Notes under the pieces: model-generated
Database searches by the model: none
The model's input: the letters and a program-made list of their open reading frames with translations, nothing else
What the model was told of the DNA's origin: nothing
In this document: positions 1 through 12,700 of the stretch, piece by piece
Layout: every line of letters starts with the position of its first letter
How positions within the stretch are numbered: position 1 is the first letter of the stretch
Source: Antedon mediterranea
Lineage: Eukaryota > Animalia > Echinodermata
Assembly: GCF_964355755.1 (NCBI RefSeq)
Contig: NC_092670.1
Span: 21,934,795-21,998,794 of the forward strand
Reading direction: 5' to 3'
Length of the DNA stretch: 64,000 bases
Translations under genes and position numbers: made by a program

Positions 1-231
1 TTTGGCTGTAGAAACTTAAGAACAGTATGGGAAAATTATGGTAGGCTTGACGGTTATAATGCTTTGTTATTAACTTATGGGTTCTGGGTACGAATCTTGT
101 CTAGTGCTAGAATTTGGCTTTAGAAACATACGAAACAGCAATTTATAGCGAAGTATTTGAGTGAGTATTTGCTTGATATTGCTAGCATGCCTGGGTGTTA
201 GGTGACAAGACTTGGAAAAAATCTATATTAT

Positions 232-3200
232 AACTAGAATTTAATTCGTCACTTTGACGAATTATAGGTGATCATTTTTATCCTTTTAATGAAATTAACA
301 CTTTTTAAACATGCACGTACGTTAACATACGATCGTTAAAAGTTGATGTACGCCATCCTATGACATGATGCATACACTTATAGTGCTGAGTTGTGCCTAT
401 TATATGCCATATGTACAGTATTATACTGTATATCTATATACAGTGTAGCATAGGTGAAATTACGGAACACACATCATGTTCTAATTTGTTGGTATGATGG
501 AATTATCAAAATAAACTCAAAGATGACAATTTCGAAAGATAATGAATTGAGCAAATAAATATAAGAATTTGAAGAGAATCTGGCACGTAGAAGCGCTGTG
601 CGCGCTCTTTGAAATTTGTATAACTTTGACGAAAAAGATCAAAAAACTACTTTTTAACTTCATCTGGCCATATTTTAACGTCACAACATCCGATAGGCTT
701 GGTTTTTATATGAATTCATATCTACATTTCATCAGCTTTCATAATAAATTATAATCATCAAGATAACCTTCAATTCTGAAGAGCTGTAAGATATTCAAAT
801 TTACGGCGAAGGTGAAATTACACGACCTACGTTATTAAGTTTTTACGCGTGATGACGTCATCAAAATGAAAATGTTGACAACATATGAGAAAGATAAATA
901 ATTAAGCAAGCACACACTGAAATTTGTGCAAAAATCGAGCTCAAATAGCGGAGATGCGCGCAATTGAATGTGATAACCTACACAAAACGGAAAAAAATCC
1001 TAATTTTTAAATTCAAGTGGCCATTTGATGACGTAATACTATTTTGTACGTCTAATGTGTATATACATTTATATCTACAACTCATTTGCTTCCATATTAA
1101 GTTAAAAAAATTGGGGGTCATCTTTCATTCTGAAGAGTTATATTCATTTTAAAAAGGCCCTACTTTTTACCATTTTTAGCACTTTTGTACAATTAATGTG
1201 CGCATTTTGTCATTTTTAACGTGCTCGTATAGCGTTATTTTAAGTCTGAATGGACTCAAAGTCGGAGATTGTACTAAGGATTATGAGTAGAATGTGATGT
1301 ATACATCAAATTTTATTTTTTACGCTTTTTAAAAATCCCGTGCGCAAAAATATATTTTTGCGCAGTAATTTTTTAAAACACGCAAATGGCCTATTTCATG
1401 CTCTAAATTGATCAAAACTTAATTTTGAGCTTTTTAAAATTTTAACGCGCGATTTCACGTGCATAACCTTGAAACACGTAAGTTTTTATTTGTTAATATT
1501 TTTACCCTTCACCTGAAGTTTACGTATAGTGAATTTTATTGATATGTGATAAAGAGTTATGGAGATATGATTGATAATGTGATTTCACAAAATCGCGTAT
1601 ACGTGACGTCACGGTTGAGTGATCACGCTGAAAAGCTTATTATGGCTAAGTTAAAGTATTTGAAAGACATTGTGAAATTTTTGTGATCATTGTTATTCAA
1701 CTTTTTGAGATAATTGCTAAACAAAAAGTGTACAGAAAGAAGAATAATAACAATAATAACTAGAATTTAATTCGTCACTTTGACGAATTATAGGTGATCA
1801 TTTTTATCGCTTTACTGACATTAATATTTTTTAAACATGCACGTACGTTAACATACAATAGGAAAATGTTGATGTATACCATCCTGTTATACGCTTATAG
1901 TGCGGAGTTGTGCCTATTATGTGTCATATACAATATGTACAGTATATACTGTATATCTATATACAGTGTAGCATAGGTGAAATTACGGGACCCACATCAT
2001 GTTCAAATTTTTTGGTATGATGGAATTATCAAAATAAACTCGAAGATGACAATTTCGAAAGATAATGAATTGAGCAAATAAATATAAGGATTGGAAGAGA
2101 ATTTGACACGTAGAAGCGTAATGCACGCTCTTTGAAATTTGTATAACTTTGACTAAAGAAATTTAAAAACAACGTTTTAACTTCAACTGGCCATATGATA
2201 ACATCACAACATCCGATAGGCTTAATTTTTATATGAATTCATATCTACATTTAATCAGCTTTCATAATAAATTATAATCTTCAAGGTCACCTTTAATTCT
2301 GAAGAGCTATAACATATTCAAATGTATGGTGTAGCTGAAATTACACGACCTTGGTTATTAAAGTTTTTACACATGATGACGTCATCAAAATAAAAATGTT
2401 GACAACTCTTGAGAAAGATAATTAATTGAGCAAGCACATACTAAAATTTCGGCGAAAATCGGGCTCAAATAACGGAGATGCGCTCTATTGAATGTGATAA
2501 CCCACACAAAAAGATAAAAATTACTAATTTTTAAATTGAAGTGGCCATTTGATGACGTCATACCATTTTGTACGTCTAATGTGTACATGAATATGTATCT
2601 ACATCCCAATGGCTTCCCGAATAAGTTAAAAAAATTGGGGGTCACCTGCCATTCTGAAGAGTTATATTCATTTTAAAAAGGCCTTATTTTTCACCATTTT
2701 CAGCACTTTGATGCAATTAATTTGCGCATTTTGTTATTTTTAACCTGCTCGTATAGCGTTATTTTCAGTCGGAACCTACTCAAATTTGGTGAATGTACTA
2801 AGGATGGTGAGTAGAACGCGATTTGTATAAAAAAATTGCAATTTTTACGCTTTGTAAGTATCGCGCGCGCAAAATATTTTTTTTGCGCAGTAATTTTTTG
2901 AAACACGCAAATGGCCTAATTCATGCTCTAAATTGATTAAAACGTAATTTTGAGCTTTTTAAATTTTTACTGCGCGATTCCACACGCATGACCCTACGTG
3001 CGCGCGCATTTTTACTTGCTAATATTTTTACCCTTGACCTGAAGTTTACGTGTAGTGAATTTCATAAATATGTGATAATAAATTATGGATATATGATTGA
3101 TAATGTGATTTCACAAAATGGCGTATACGTGACGCCACGGATGAGTGATCACGCTGAAAAGCTTATTATGGCTAAGTTAAAATATTTGAAAGACATTGTG

Positions 3201-3393
3201 AATTTTTTGTGATCATTGCTATTCAACTTTTTGAGATAGTTGACGAACAAAAAGTGTACAGAAAGAAGAATAATAATAACAATAAAGATTTTGTACAATA
3301 ACAATAGGTGATCATTTTATTCTAAATGATCACCTAATAAAGATTTTGTACAATAACAATAGGTGATCATTTTATTCTAAATGATCACCTAAT
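232..3393 (-). mobile_element. Two ~1.55-kb copies of a HINE/DINE-1-like non-autonomous Helentron element, one nested in the other
   Basis: Both copies begin AACTAGAATTTAATTCGTCACTTTGACGAATTATAGGTGATCATTT (232 and 1758; 10-bp hairpin plus subTIR). Bodies are clearly homologous but diverged, with an AAT microsatellite. Two identical terminal hairpins TAGGTGATCATTT...AAATGATCACCTA lie at 3305-3336 and 3360-3391. Confidence 0.85.
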
Positions 3394-3739
3394 TATATAA
3401 AAGGACTATGGGAAAATAGTGGAATTACGTTTAATGGTTGTGGTGCTCTTCCACTTATCCATAGGTTTTGGGTTCAAATCTAGTAAGATCTCCTTGGAAT
3501 TAAGAAATGTCTTTTTAGAACCTACCCTACCCCAATTTCAATGTTCCTTTAATATGGGTGTCAAAAGGAAGAGTTCTTTTGTTTTATAGATTTAATGGCT
3601 AGATTTTAGTTACAAACAATAATGTGGTTTCAAATACAGAGGAACCCAACAAAGTTATAAATAACAATGTATATTTTAAGGTTAGACAATGTTGCCTTAT
3701 ATGAAAAATATGTTCAACTCTATAAAACCATATGTATAC

Positions 3740-3799
3740 CTTTATAACTCCAGCTAGTTCCTTCCTTACGACTATTGAATTCTGGGTAAAACGCCATAG
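3740..3799 (-). CDS. POLR3E: POLR3E coding exon 12 (LWRFTQNSIVVRKELAGVIK)
   Basis: Acceptor tttcag, donor gtatac; matches human MWKFTQSRWVVRKEVATVTK. Confidence 0.93.
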
Positions 3800-6700
3800 C
3801 TGAAATAAAACGTTTAAAATTGTATATAATATAGAAATCAATCAATAGTTAACTGCTTCGGTGCCGAATAAAACTTTAAAATCAAAAATTTGATTGTAAA
3901 AGTCAGGCGGTATAAAGAGAGATTGAATGAACAAACTAAAATAAAAAGACGGTACTTAAATTTTATGTTATTATAAAATTTCAAACAAAGTGCACATGAT
4001 CGTGAAAAATACCAGCATTTGTTTGATGAAATCAGAACTTGTAATAAAATAAAAAAAATAAATAAAAAGAGTTAAAGTTTTCAAGGACTGTATGTAGAAA
4101 ATGTTACTTTAGAAGTCATGTTGAGGGTAAGAATTGTTTAAAGTTTTTTAAGACAATGATGGTAAAAATCTATGCAGTGGCGGATCTAGGATTTTGATAT
4201 AGGAGCCCAGGACCTACAAGTAGTGAAAGTGAAGTGCTGAACTTAATTTGATGTCCTTTCTTTTGCATTACTTTTTGTAAAATTTAGAGGTGCCGGGCCG
4301 GCTGGGCCCTCTTGAATCTGCCCCTGTTATGCTTAAATTAAAATTATTTAACATTTAGAATTAGAACTGTTAAAAGTTTAGTATTTTCTGTGGTTATATG
4401 CACAGCAGCTGTGTCTATAGTGACAGACAATTGTACTACAGTATATAACAGCTTTTTGCAACAGGTGAATAGGTTCCCTCCTCAGCCAATGGTCCTTAAG
4501 TTACCCTAAATAAAATGACCAACCACCTTCAATTTTCAAGTTCATTAGATCTATAGTACACTATGATAGCATAACAAAACAAAGGATTTCAGTTGTATAC
4601 ATTATATAACTTTCAAGAATGTTTTTTTTTTCTTTATATTTAAATGTTTTAAATATTAAATGTATATTTTGGTTTGGGCTATTTAGGATTATTCATGGCT
4701 GTCTTATCCAAAACTGGATGTGTGATGTTCCTGAATATGGTAGTAAAATGCCCAAATATGGTAGTGATATGACATCATCATGTCTATAGGCACATTACAT
4801 TTTTTTGTCACATAAAGTTTGATAGCGTAGACAAAGCTTAATACTTGTTACCTATACACCTTATCGTAGTAGTTTTGGTTTGATAACAATTTTGCAATAT
4901 TAACAAAAAACACACAAACTTCTAATCTTATCAAAGGATTTATTTTTTTGTTTGTTGGTCTTTAATGATACAATATAAAAAAAAATAATAATAAATCACT
5001 CACAGTAAAATCACAAGATGGTTTTGATTTTAATATAAGTTTATGTGTTGGGGCAACAACCAATCATAAGGCTACTAAAAACAATAATATTGTATATATT
5101 TTTATTGATGTTATTTTTTCTCAATCATAAATAATTTTCCTGTATGTGAATGGATGTACCAAATGCAAGGAATAAACCTTGATATAGTGGCCTTAAGCTT
5201 AGAAATTGCTTCACGAATTGAATCCTAGTGAAGATATACTAATTGTTAAAACAGATTAGAGATTTAGTAGTTATCTATTTTACCAGTTGTTACAACATAC
5301 CATATAGTCTCGTCCTCTGCACAGAATATCAGCAGCAATGCCTGTTAGTGGACTGGTTGTATCTTTAGGGTAGAGTACTTCACTATGGAAACAAAAGCCA
5401 GATCATCATCAATTCCAAAAAGATGTATTGTAACTAATTTTCTAAATAAATTAGTTTTTTAAATTAATTTTAAATGAGTGGATGAAAGTTTGATAAAAGA
5501 TGGGAGTTCATTAACATACCTTTTTACAACCCAGCATCCTTGAACTAACACAGCCACCGTCTGTAAGGTTTTAATAACAGATGTTGAGTCGGGGGAACCA
5601 TGCAAAAACCTCTGAAGGTCGCTGAACCTCAGTAACTTAGCTGGCAAACAAAAAAAAACAATTGTGTTAATATACTTTTTTACATACTAGTGAATTAAAA
5701 AGTTCATAACACTAACAGGTCAGATTATATTTTTTACAAAAGAGTAACCAATACTCTTTTCCTCATCCTTTGGAAGGAACATTAAGATGTTGGTACTGCA
5801 TACATAAATCTATAGGTATACACTAAAAAATGTTTAATTAATGGTGTGCAGCATACATAGTATAGCTTTAAAAAAAACAAAAAACTAACCATTTACTAAT
5901 AGCAGACGAACTTGGTCAGCCAATCCCAATTCCTGAAGCTGTACAAGAGAAAGTTCTTCATTGTTGGATTGTTTTTCTGGCTGTGATAACAATGTTGACA
6001 AATAATCTCTGGAAAGAAGAAGTAAAAACTTATTTATGTTGCATTTAATTATTAATTTAATTAATGTTGTAATTACCAAACAAACATCTAGTTCTCTGCT
6101 CTGCTATAAAGTTAGATTGTTTTAGTATTTGTTCAAACTTCCTCTGTACATTTTTGTACACAATTCGTTTTTCTATTGGATGAATAAATTAAATCAAGAT
6201 ATCTTATACCGACACACTCAAATTTAGAGTACCTAAAAAAAATGATCGTATAATTGTGTCTCCTGTACACTGTATGTTCCAAATTGGATTTCACGTTGCA
6301 GTCAGTAGTACGGTGTATAACTTCATTTAAATTTCTTTTTCTACATAAATAGTACAACATTTCATACAATTCTAACTAAATTTAATCGAAATATTACAGT
6401 GTTTCATTTTAAGTAACTGAATTCAATCACAAATCCCATTAATCTCTTACTTATAAAAGAAACTTAGTTATGAAAACGAAAACATTTCTTTTTTATGCTT
6501 TATATATATCGTTTTCAATTTCATAAAAAAATATTAAAACTGTGTTATTAATTGCATGTTATTTGGTTTAGAAATGCTTATAATTGGTTCTCATTTCCAA
6601 ACTATTTTCTTGTAATTGAATATCACATTTTAAAAATGTTTTAAATCATTTCAATTTTAAATTTGGAATTTTCAAAGCTGTAGATATAGTCAAGTCAATA

Positions 6701-9700
6701 ACAGCAAATGATGAATATTATTTAAAGAGAAATTCACATCTTAATTCTGTCATTTTTTAGGTGAATTTTAAAAACCAATATGTTTTGCATCATCAAATTC
6801 ATTTATGGATATGAATAAGAATTTCACGCTTTATCGATTTGAACTAGTTATAAATTTTAAACCGTGTTCCATTTTGCGGCTCGACATGACAAAATGCATT
6901 TAAATGTCAAACTAGAAATGTATAATGGTAAAATAGAAGCATCTTTTTTTAATCATTAATCATGAGTTTCACAATTCAATGTTTCTAGTATTAACCAAGA
7001 TATTTAGTGGTGCTTTAGGTTGCTGTTGCTTTTGAATATCAGGGTTCTGGGTTCAAAGCTGGTTCAAGTCAGCAATTTTTGGAAGCCAAGATAGCATTCT
7101 AAAGTGTTATGGCTGAATACTTTTAACTTGTTTTAATTTGCTATTTGTAATCGATCCCTTTAATTTCTACAGTATCATAGACAAGTTCTATGATACAGTG
7201 TCATATATGTATCTCATGTATCATTGGTCTAAAGCCTATCATAATGCGGAGCCACATGTGATACATATGTGTTACTGTATTACAGAATTTTCCTATGATA
7301 CAGTACATAATGCCCTACGTGAAGGGATTTGGGTGTTATTTGGAAAACAACATTTCCATTAAGATGTTTAAAAAATAGGGGTGTCTCAGAGAGGTTTAGA
7401 AAAAAGGGGTGATTGTGTATAATAATTATTTGAAAATATCTGTTGATTTATTCATTCAGTGCTGCTTTGAAAAGGACTCAATCCAATTTAATCAAATCAA
7501 AAAGTGAAAGAAATATTAATTATTAAATCTAACAAATGCAAAATTGTGCAAAAAATGTAATTAAAAAACAATCTGTTGTAATAAAACTGTAAAATGATAT
7601 AAATTATTAAAAACAATTTGATAAATTTAAATGCAGCATTACGTGAAGAGTTTTATAAAAATGGTAAATCTATCTAAAGTGTTGGGTCACGTACACGTGA
7701 ACTAACACTTGTACAACCTAATAAATTTACTATATTACAGTGATGGGTATTGCAATTTTATTGAATTTAATATTCTATATGCTGTATCATCTTTGGTGTA
7801 TATATTATTATATTAGTACACGCAATAGTTAATACAGGAAGTCAGCTTCTATGAAACTTTTCTTTTACATTTAAAACCTTTTTATTTTGTAATTAATGCC
7901 AGTAAATATAAAATTAAATCACATATAGGTGACATACACATACAAATGTTAGGTTTGAATTCTTCTAACATCAGTTTATACTCAACTATATGTATCAAAT
8001 TACACAAAGTTTTAAGTCTTGTCTACACTATCAAACTTTGTGACAAAAAAAAAGTGATGTGCCCATATATGGACACGATAATGTCATATCACTACCATAT
8101 TTGGACACATCACACTTTTTTTGTCAAACTAGTTTGATAGTATAGACAGAGTGTATATACAGTATGATGTCATTGGGAGTGGAGTCGTTTTATCACGATA
8201 ACAAATGCATTAGATAGGATTTGTACCTAGGATACAGATATTGATAGGCAAAAATACATGGTCATTGGGTGAAAGTCTATGGTGACTACTCAATCTGTCC
8301 CGTATCAGAATACTAAAAATCTCACTGTTTTATCATGTTTGCTTTTCTACACAGACCTAGAGTTGAAAGTTCAAACTTTCTTTTTTAATTTGTGTTATCA
8401 ACCTATCAACCTTACCTGTGAGATAAGTAGAGTTGGGACACTTCTTGTCCTTCTGTCTGGCATAACAACTCGTTCCGATCAGTGGCACTCTCCTTACTCT
8501 ATGCAAACACATGAAATACTAGTTAAAATATCAACACAAAAAATGATAACAATAACTAGAATCTAATAACAATAGGATTCATAGCCATATGCCATCAAAT
8601 ATCAACTGACAGGTTATATATATATATCATATATTAATATTCTGTCAAAAATAGATATCAAAGGAAATTTCATTTTAGCAGTCAAAAGGGGGAGAGCATC
8701 TGGATATACCCTAGCTGGGTAGAAATACAACATCAAGGAGCTATGTTTTTTTTTAAAGATGTCTGACCTTGTTGTCAGGAGCAATGATGGCAGTTCTATT
8801 ATTGTGTTACCCTTAAAAAGAACTCACATCACTTGTCTGATATTCAACGGTAGTCCACGCCTCTTGCGCCCTCTTTTCTTCAATATACTGGTAAGACGCT
8901 TCTCTACGCGCCTTTGATTCCTCCGTCTCTGCTCGAATGTAGCGAACTGTCACTGCTTTCGGTTTGGATTCTTCTTCCTCTTGTGAAGACTCACCTGTTA
9001 TGTAAAAATAATTTCAGTTGCTGGAGTATTCTAAAGTTACTGCAGCAATTCAACTATTCACTTATTGTACTGCATTTACTGTTTTTCTTTTTTAATGTGC
9101 ATTTACTAATATTAATTACTTGTATTAATAATATGTCATGACATGAAATGATGATCGTGGTTTGTGGGGATGTACCATTGATGGAGAGGGTTTTTTTTCC
9201 AAGTTATATCTCTATTTGATGAGAATAGGGTATTATTGGTTTATCCAAGTAAGCTAGGCACAAAATAGACCACTGTATTTGAATGAAAAAATGGTTTATA
9301 AGCAAATTTCAGTTTCTTTTTATACACATTACCTTTTTTTTTTATTTTAGGCGTTATTATCTACATGATGTTGACCTTTGAAACAGCATTGTAAACAGAT
9401 CTGCCTAAAAAAATTCCTTTGTAAATTTCAAGGTAATTAACCACACAATTGTAAAATAAAAACACTGGACCGATCAACCAATTGTAAATAAACACAGTTG
9501 ATTTGCTGAGTTTTGGTCAATAAACACATCCTTTTGGTTCAAGTTTGTAAATAAAACATCTGATTGGGTAACCCTTTTTTTAATAAATTATCAGTTGATT
9601 GCCTGATGTTTGGTTGCACAATCTGATTGGTCAACCGTTTAATTTGGAAATAAACAAATTTGATTAGGCAATTCACCTTCCATATCTAGTTTTTCTTGTT

Positions 9701-12700
9701 TCAATCTGTTGTCTGCTTTATCTAGATATTTGAAACTAGGTCGAAGTTGAACAATTCCATGAAGGGGCGTCAGGTGCAACTCACCTAGGGGGGAACAATA
9801 AACTGTTAGAGAATGTACAGGGAGGGGGAAAAGACATGTGGTAAAGGGGGAAATAAAAACAGGGCAATTAATGAAAGCTGAGCAATGTAGATCAAATAAG
9901 GTTTTAATCTTTGTTTGAGAAAGTACATGCATCTCATAAATATAGACAAGATGGAAAAATAGGTCAAACATTCATCCTTAGGCAAAGAAGGGAGGAGGAA
10001 CATGAAAAATAACGAAATCAATTCATTATGTAGAGTTGTGGTAGGACACTTAACTATCATACAGAACGGGTTCAATTCCTGAAAATGGAGGATAAGGCAG
10101 CATGGAAAGGAACTGACCACCTTATTAAAAAATTCCAATTCTTCTATGTTCAGAATGAATATGGGACATTACCAATACCAATACTTGAATACATTTTTTT
10201 TAAAGTTCTTTTTTTGTTTTAATTAGTGTTTATGTATGTAAATGCTTTAGTTATGTTTTGAATATTGATTTTGTACCTTCTTGTATGATACCAACTGCGT
10301 AGCGATGTATCTCAGATGACATCACAGCCTGGGAGGACGTTAAAAAATGCCTATTCATGACTCCACTGAAACAAACATAACTTGAATCATTAGTACAACA
10401 AAGGGAGGAATTCTAATGTATTCATATTTTACAATATAATCTACATACCCATCTTACATACTTTCCTGGCACTAAAACTCTGCCTACACTATCAAACTTT
10501 ATGTGACAAAAAAAAAGTGATGTGCTCATATAATGGACATGATGATGTCATATCACTACCATATTTGGGCACATCACACTTTTTTTGATAGTATAAATAC
10601 GTCAGCTTAAGAAATTTTAACGAAAACTATATTATCATCACAGAAAGAACCTTTAAAAATGCACCATTTTATTATGTACCATTGTAAACAAAATAAACAA
10701 GTCTCAAATATATATAATAATTTATCATACTTTTTGAAAACAGAAGTCTCGCCTGGAAAAGCGCCATCAACGTTACGAGCAATCTGTTCTCCTTTGCTTC
10801 TTGAAAAGTGTTTATCGGTTGTATCCAGAGCCAACTCCATCTCAATCTATTGGATGCAACATAAACATAATATATGTGGAAATGTTATTGCAACCTTTCA
10901 TTTGTGTTCATAATGGGGTAGGGTGGGGAGGGTTAGTGGGGTATCAAAATGGCGGAAATTGTACTGGAAAGGGTTTTTTAACTACATTTGAACCTCCACG
11001 GGGATAGTATTGGGTGGGAGGAGGGTAGGGGTTATAGTCACTGTGGGGTGGATATATAGTTAGTTATGTGAATTAAACTGTTGTACAATGTTTATTTTGC
11101 ACACTGAAAGATTTTTCATATTACTATATGCAAAGAAGATAACAAACCTAATACTGAAGGTCAGTCATTTAATTGGTGATGCATTTTATTTTATTCCAAC
11201 CACAAATGGTTATAACTTTCATACATAGGTATAGGTATTATGTTGCTAATTATAATTATGCTGTTTAATATGCTAATTATAGCTGATGCTAAGTATACTA
11301 TGTTAATTGAATCATGCTAATTATACTAATGCTGGTGTCAATTTAGTTTAGTAAGAACTTATTCAAATTAGCCACAAAACAAATTCTGTGGCATGTTTTA
11401 GCCTAGAATTTATTATTTTGGCACAAGATAACAACAGGTTTTGTGTCTTATTATTACAGCTAACTAGCCTACTGTACCATTATAAATAAAAGTTAAAGCA
11501 AACTCTTTGTTATTTCTAATAATATATAATTTAGGTCTTTGATTTTATCATTGTCAAAGACAAACATGAAATTGGGGTAAATATTTATCTGGTTACATAA
11601 ACCGATCACCTCGTTAATCACGTTACCAGTGATTAAACAATAACGTTGCAAAAATAAAACCGTTTTGTATTTTTTATCTCCAGTTTCAAAATGACCTCTT
11701 CAAAATGTATTTCAGAATGTATTATCAAAGTCCCAGTGACCTTTTGGGTTTACTTAAGTGTTAGGCTTCAAGATCTGGACAGAAAAACAAACACCAGCCT
11801 GGTTAATAGCCAACTGAGGGTATATAAAATCAGATTTTTATTGGCTTAAGATTTTAGCAGGCTTTTTATCATGTGTGTCAAAGATAAACAAAAGCCAGAG
11901 AGGTCAGTTTCTTTGTGTATTTTATTTTACCTTTTGCTGTTTTGGTTTGATTCTTACAAGTTCATGCTCAAGGTCATCGGGCATGGACGCTGGACGCACT
12001 GGATACTGAAAATTAAAAATCACCAAAATAGTTTAAAATCATCATTTTATATTTAAATAATAACTGAATTTACACAATAAATAATATGATACATTTATTT
12101 ATCAAGTCCAAAAAAGTAACAGTCAATAAATTTAACCACCAATCTACCCATGCAATTCAAAATAAATAAAGTACATTTTAATTAAAGTGCACAAAATATT
12201 TTCACTTTTATTTTGTCTATATATTTTATTGATATTAGTCCATAAACGCAATTGGCCTAAACTCAGTGTGGATAGAGTTGAAGCATCAACCTAAATAAAA
12301 ACCATATGCAACAGTTATATTCTTGACAGAGCTATTTTTACTTTCAAACCATAAAAATACAGTGTACAGATGTATATATCATTTCCACTTTAAATTTTTT
12401 ATAAAATGTATTATGATATTATTTATTTATTTAATGCATTGGTAAGGTAAACTACACGGTATTATTTATTGATTGAATGCATTACAACTTAGTGATGAAC
12501 CTGGCTAATACTCATTAACCTCTTGGATTATGTTAATAATATATTGTTTTTTAAATGGTTGGTATTTTTTAGAAAAAGGTTGCTGTTTTAGTCAGTTACC
12601 CTACAAGCTACAATATCAGCTTACTGTAATCTATTTATAAAGAGTTACAGTGGCCACTGCAAACTATGGATATTTCAATTCAATTCAATTTATTTCGTCA

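Noticed and set aside
130-222. Possible POLR3E exon 13 (IFSKSCHLTPRHASNIKQILTQILRYKLLF)
   Set aside because: Only a faint resemblance to the expected LxxEDVKxxLE segment, and it lacks the downstream GWEF motif. The next exon probably lies outside the window.
569-3212. Short ORFs in the duplicated 1.5-kb element
   Set aside because: They are not conserved in frame between the two copies and show no Rep/helicase motifs; this is non-coding TE body.
12674-12700. (TTCAA)n TTTATT tail, and similar tails near 39850 and 48660, as LINE 3' ends
   Set aside because: Consistent with CR1/L2-type tails, but I could not see RT remnants or boundaries to define elements.
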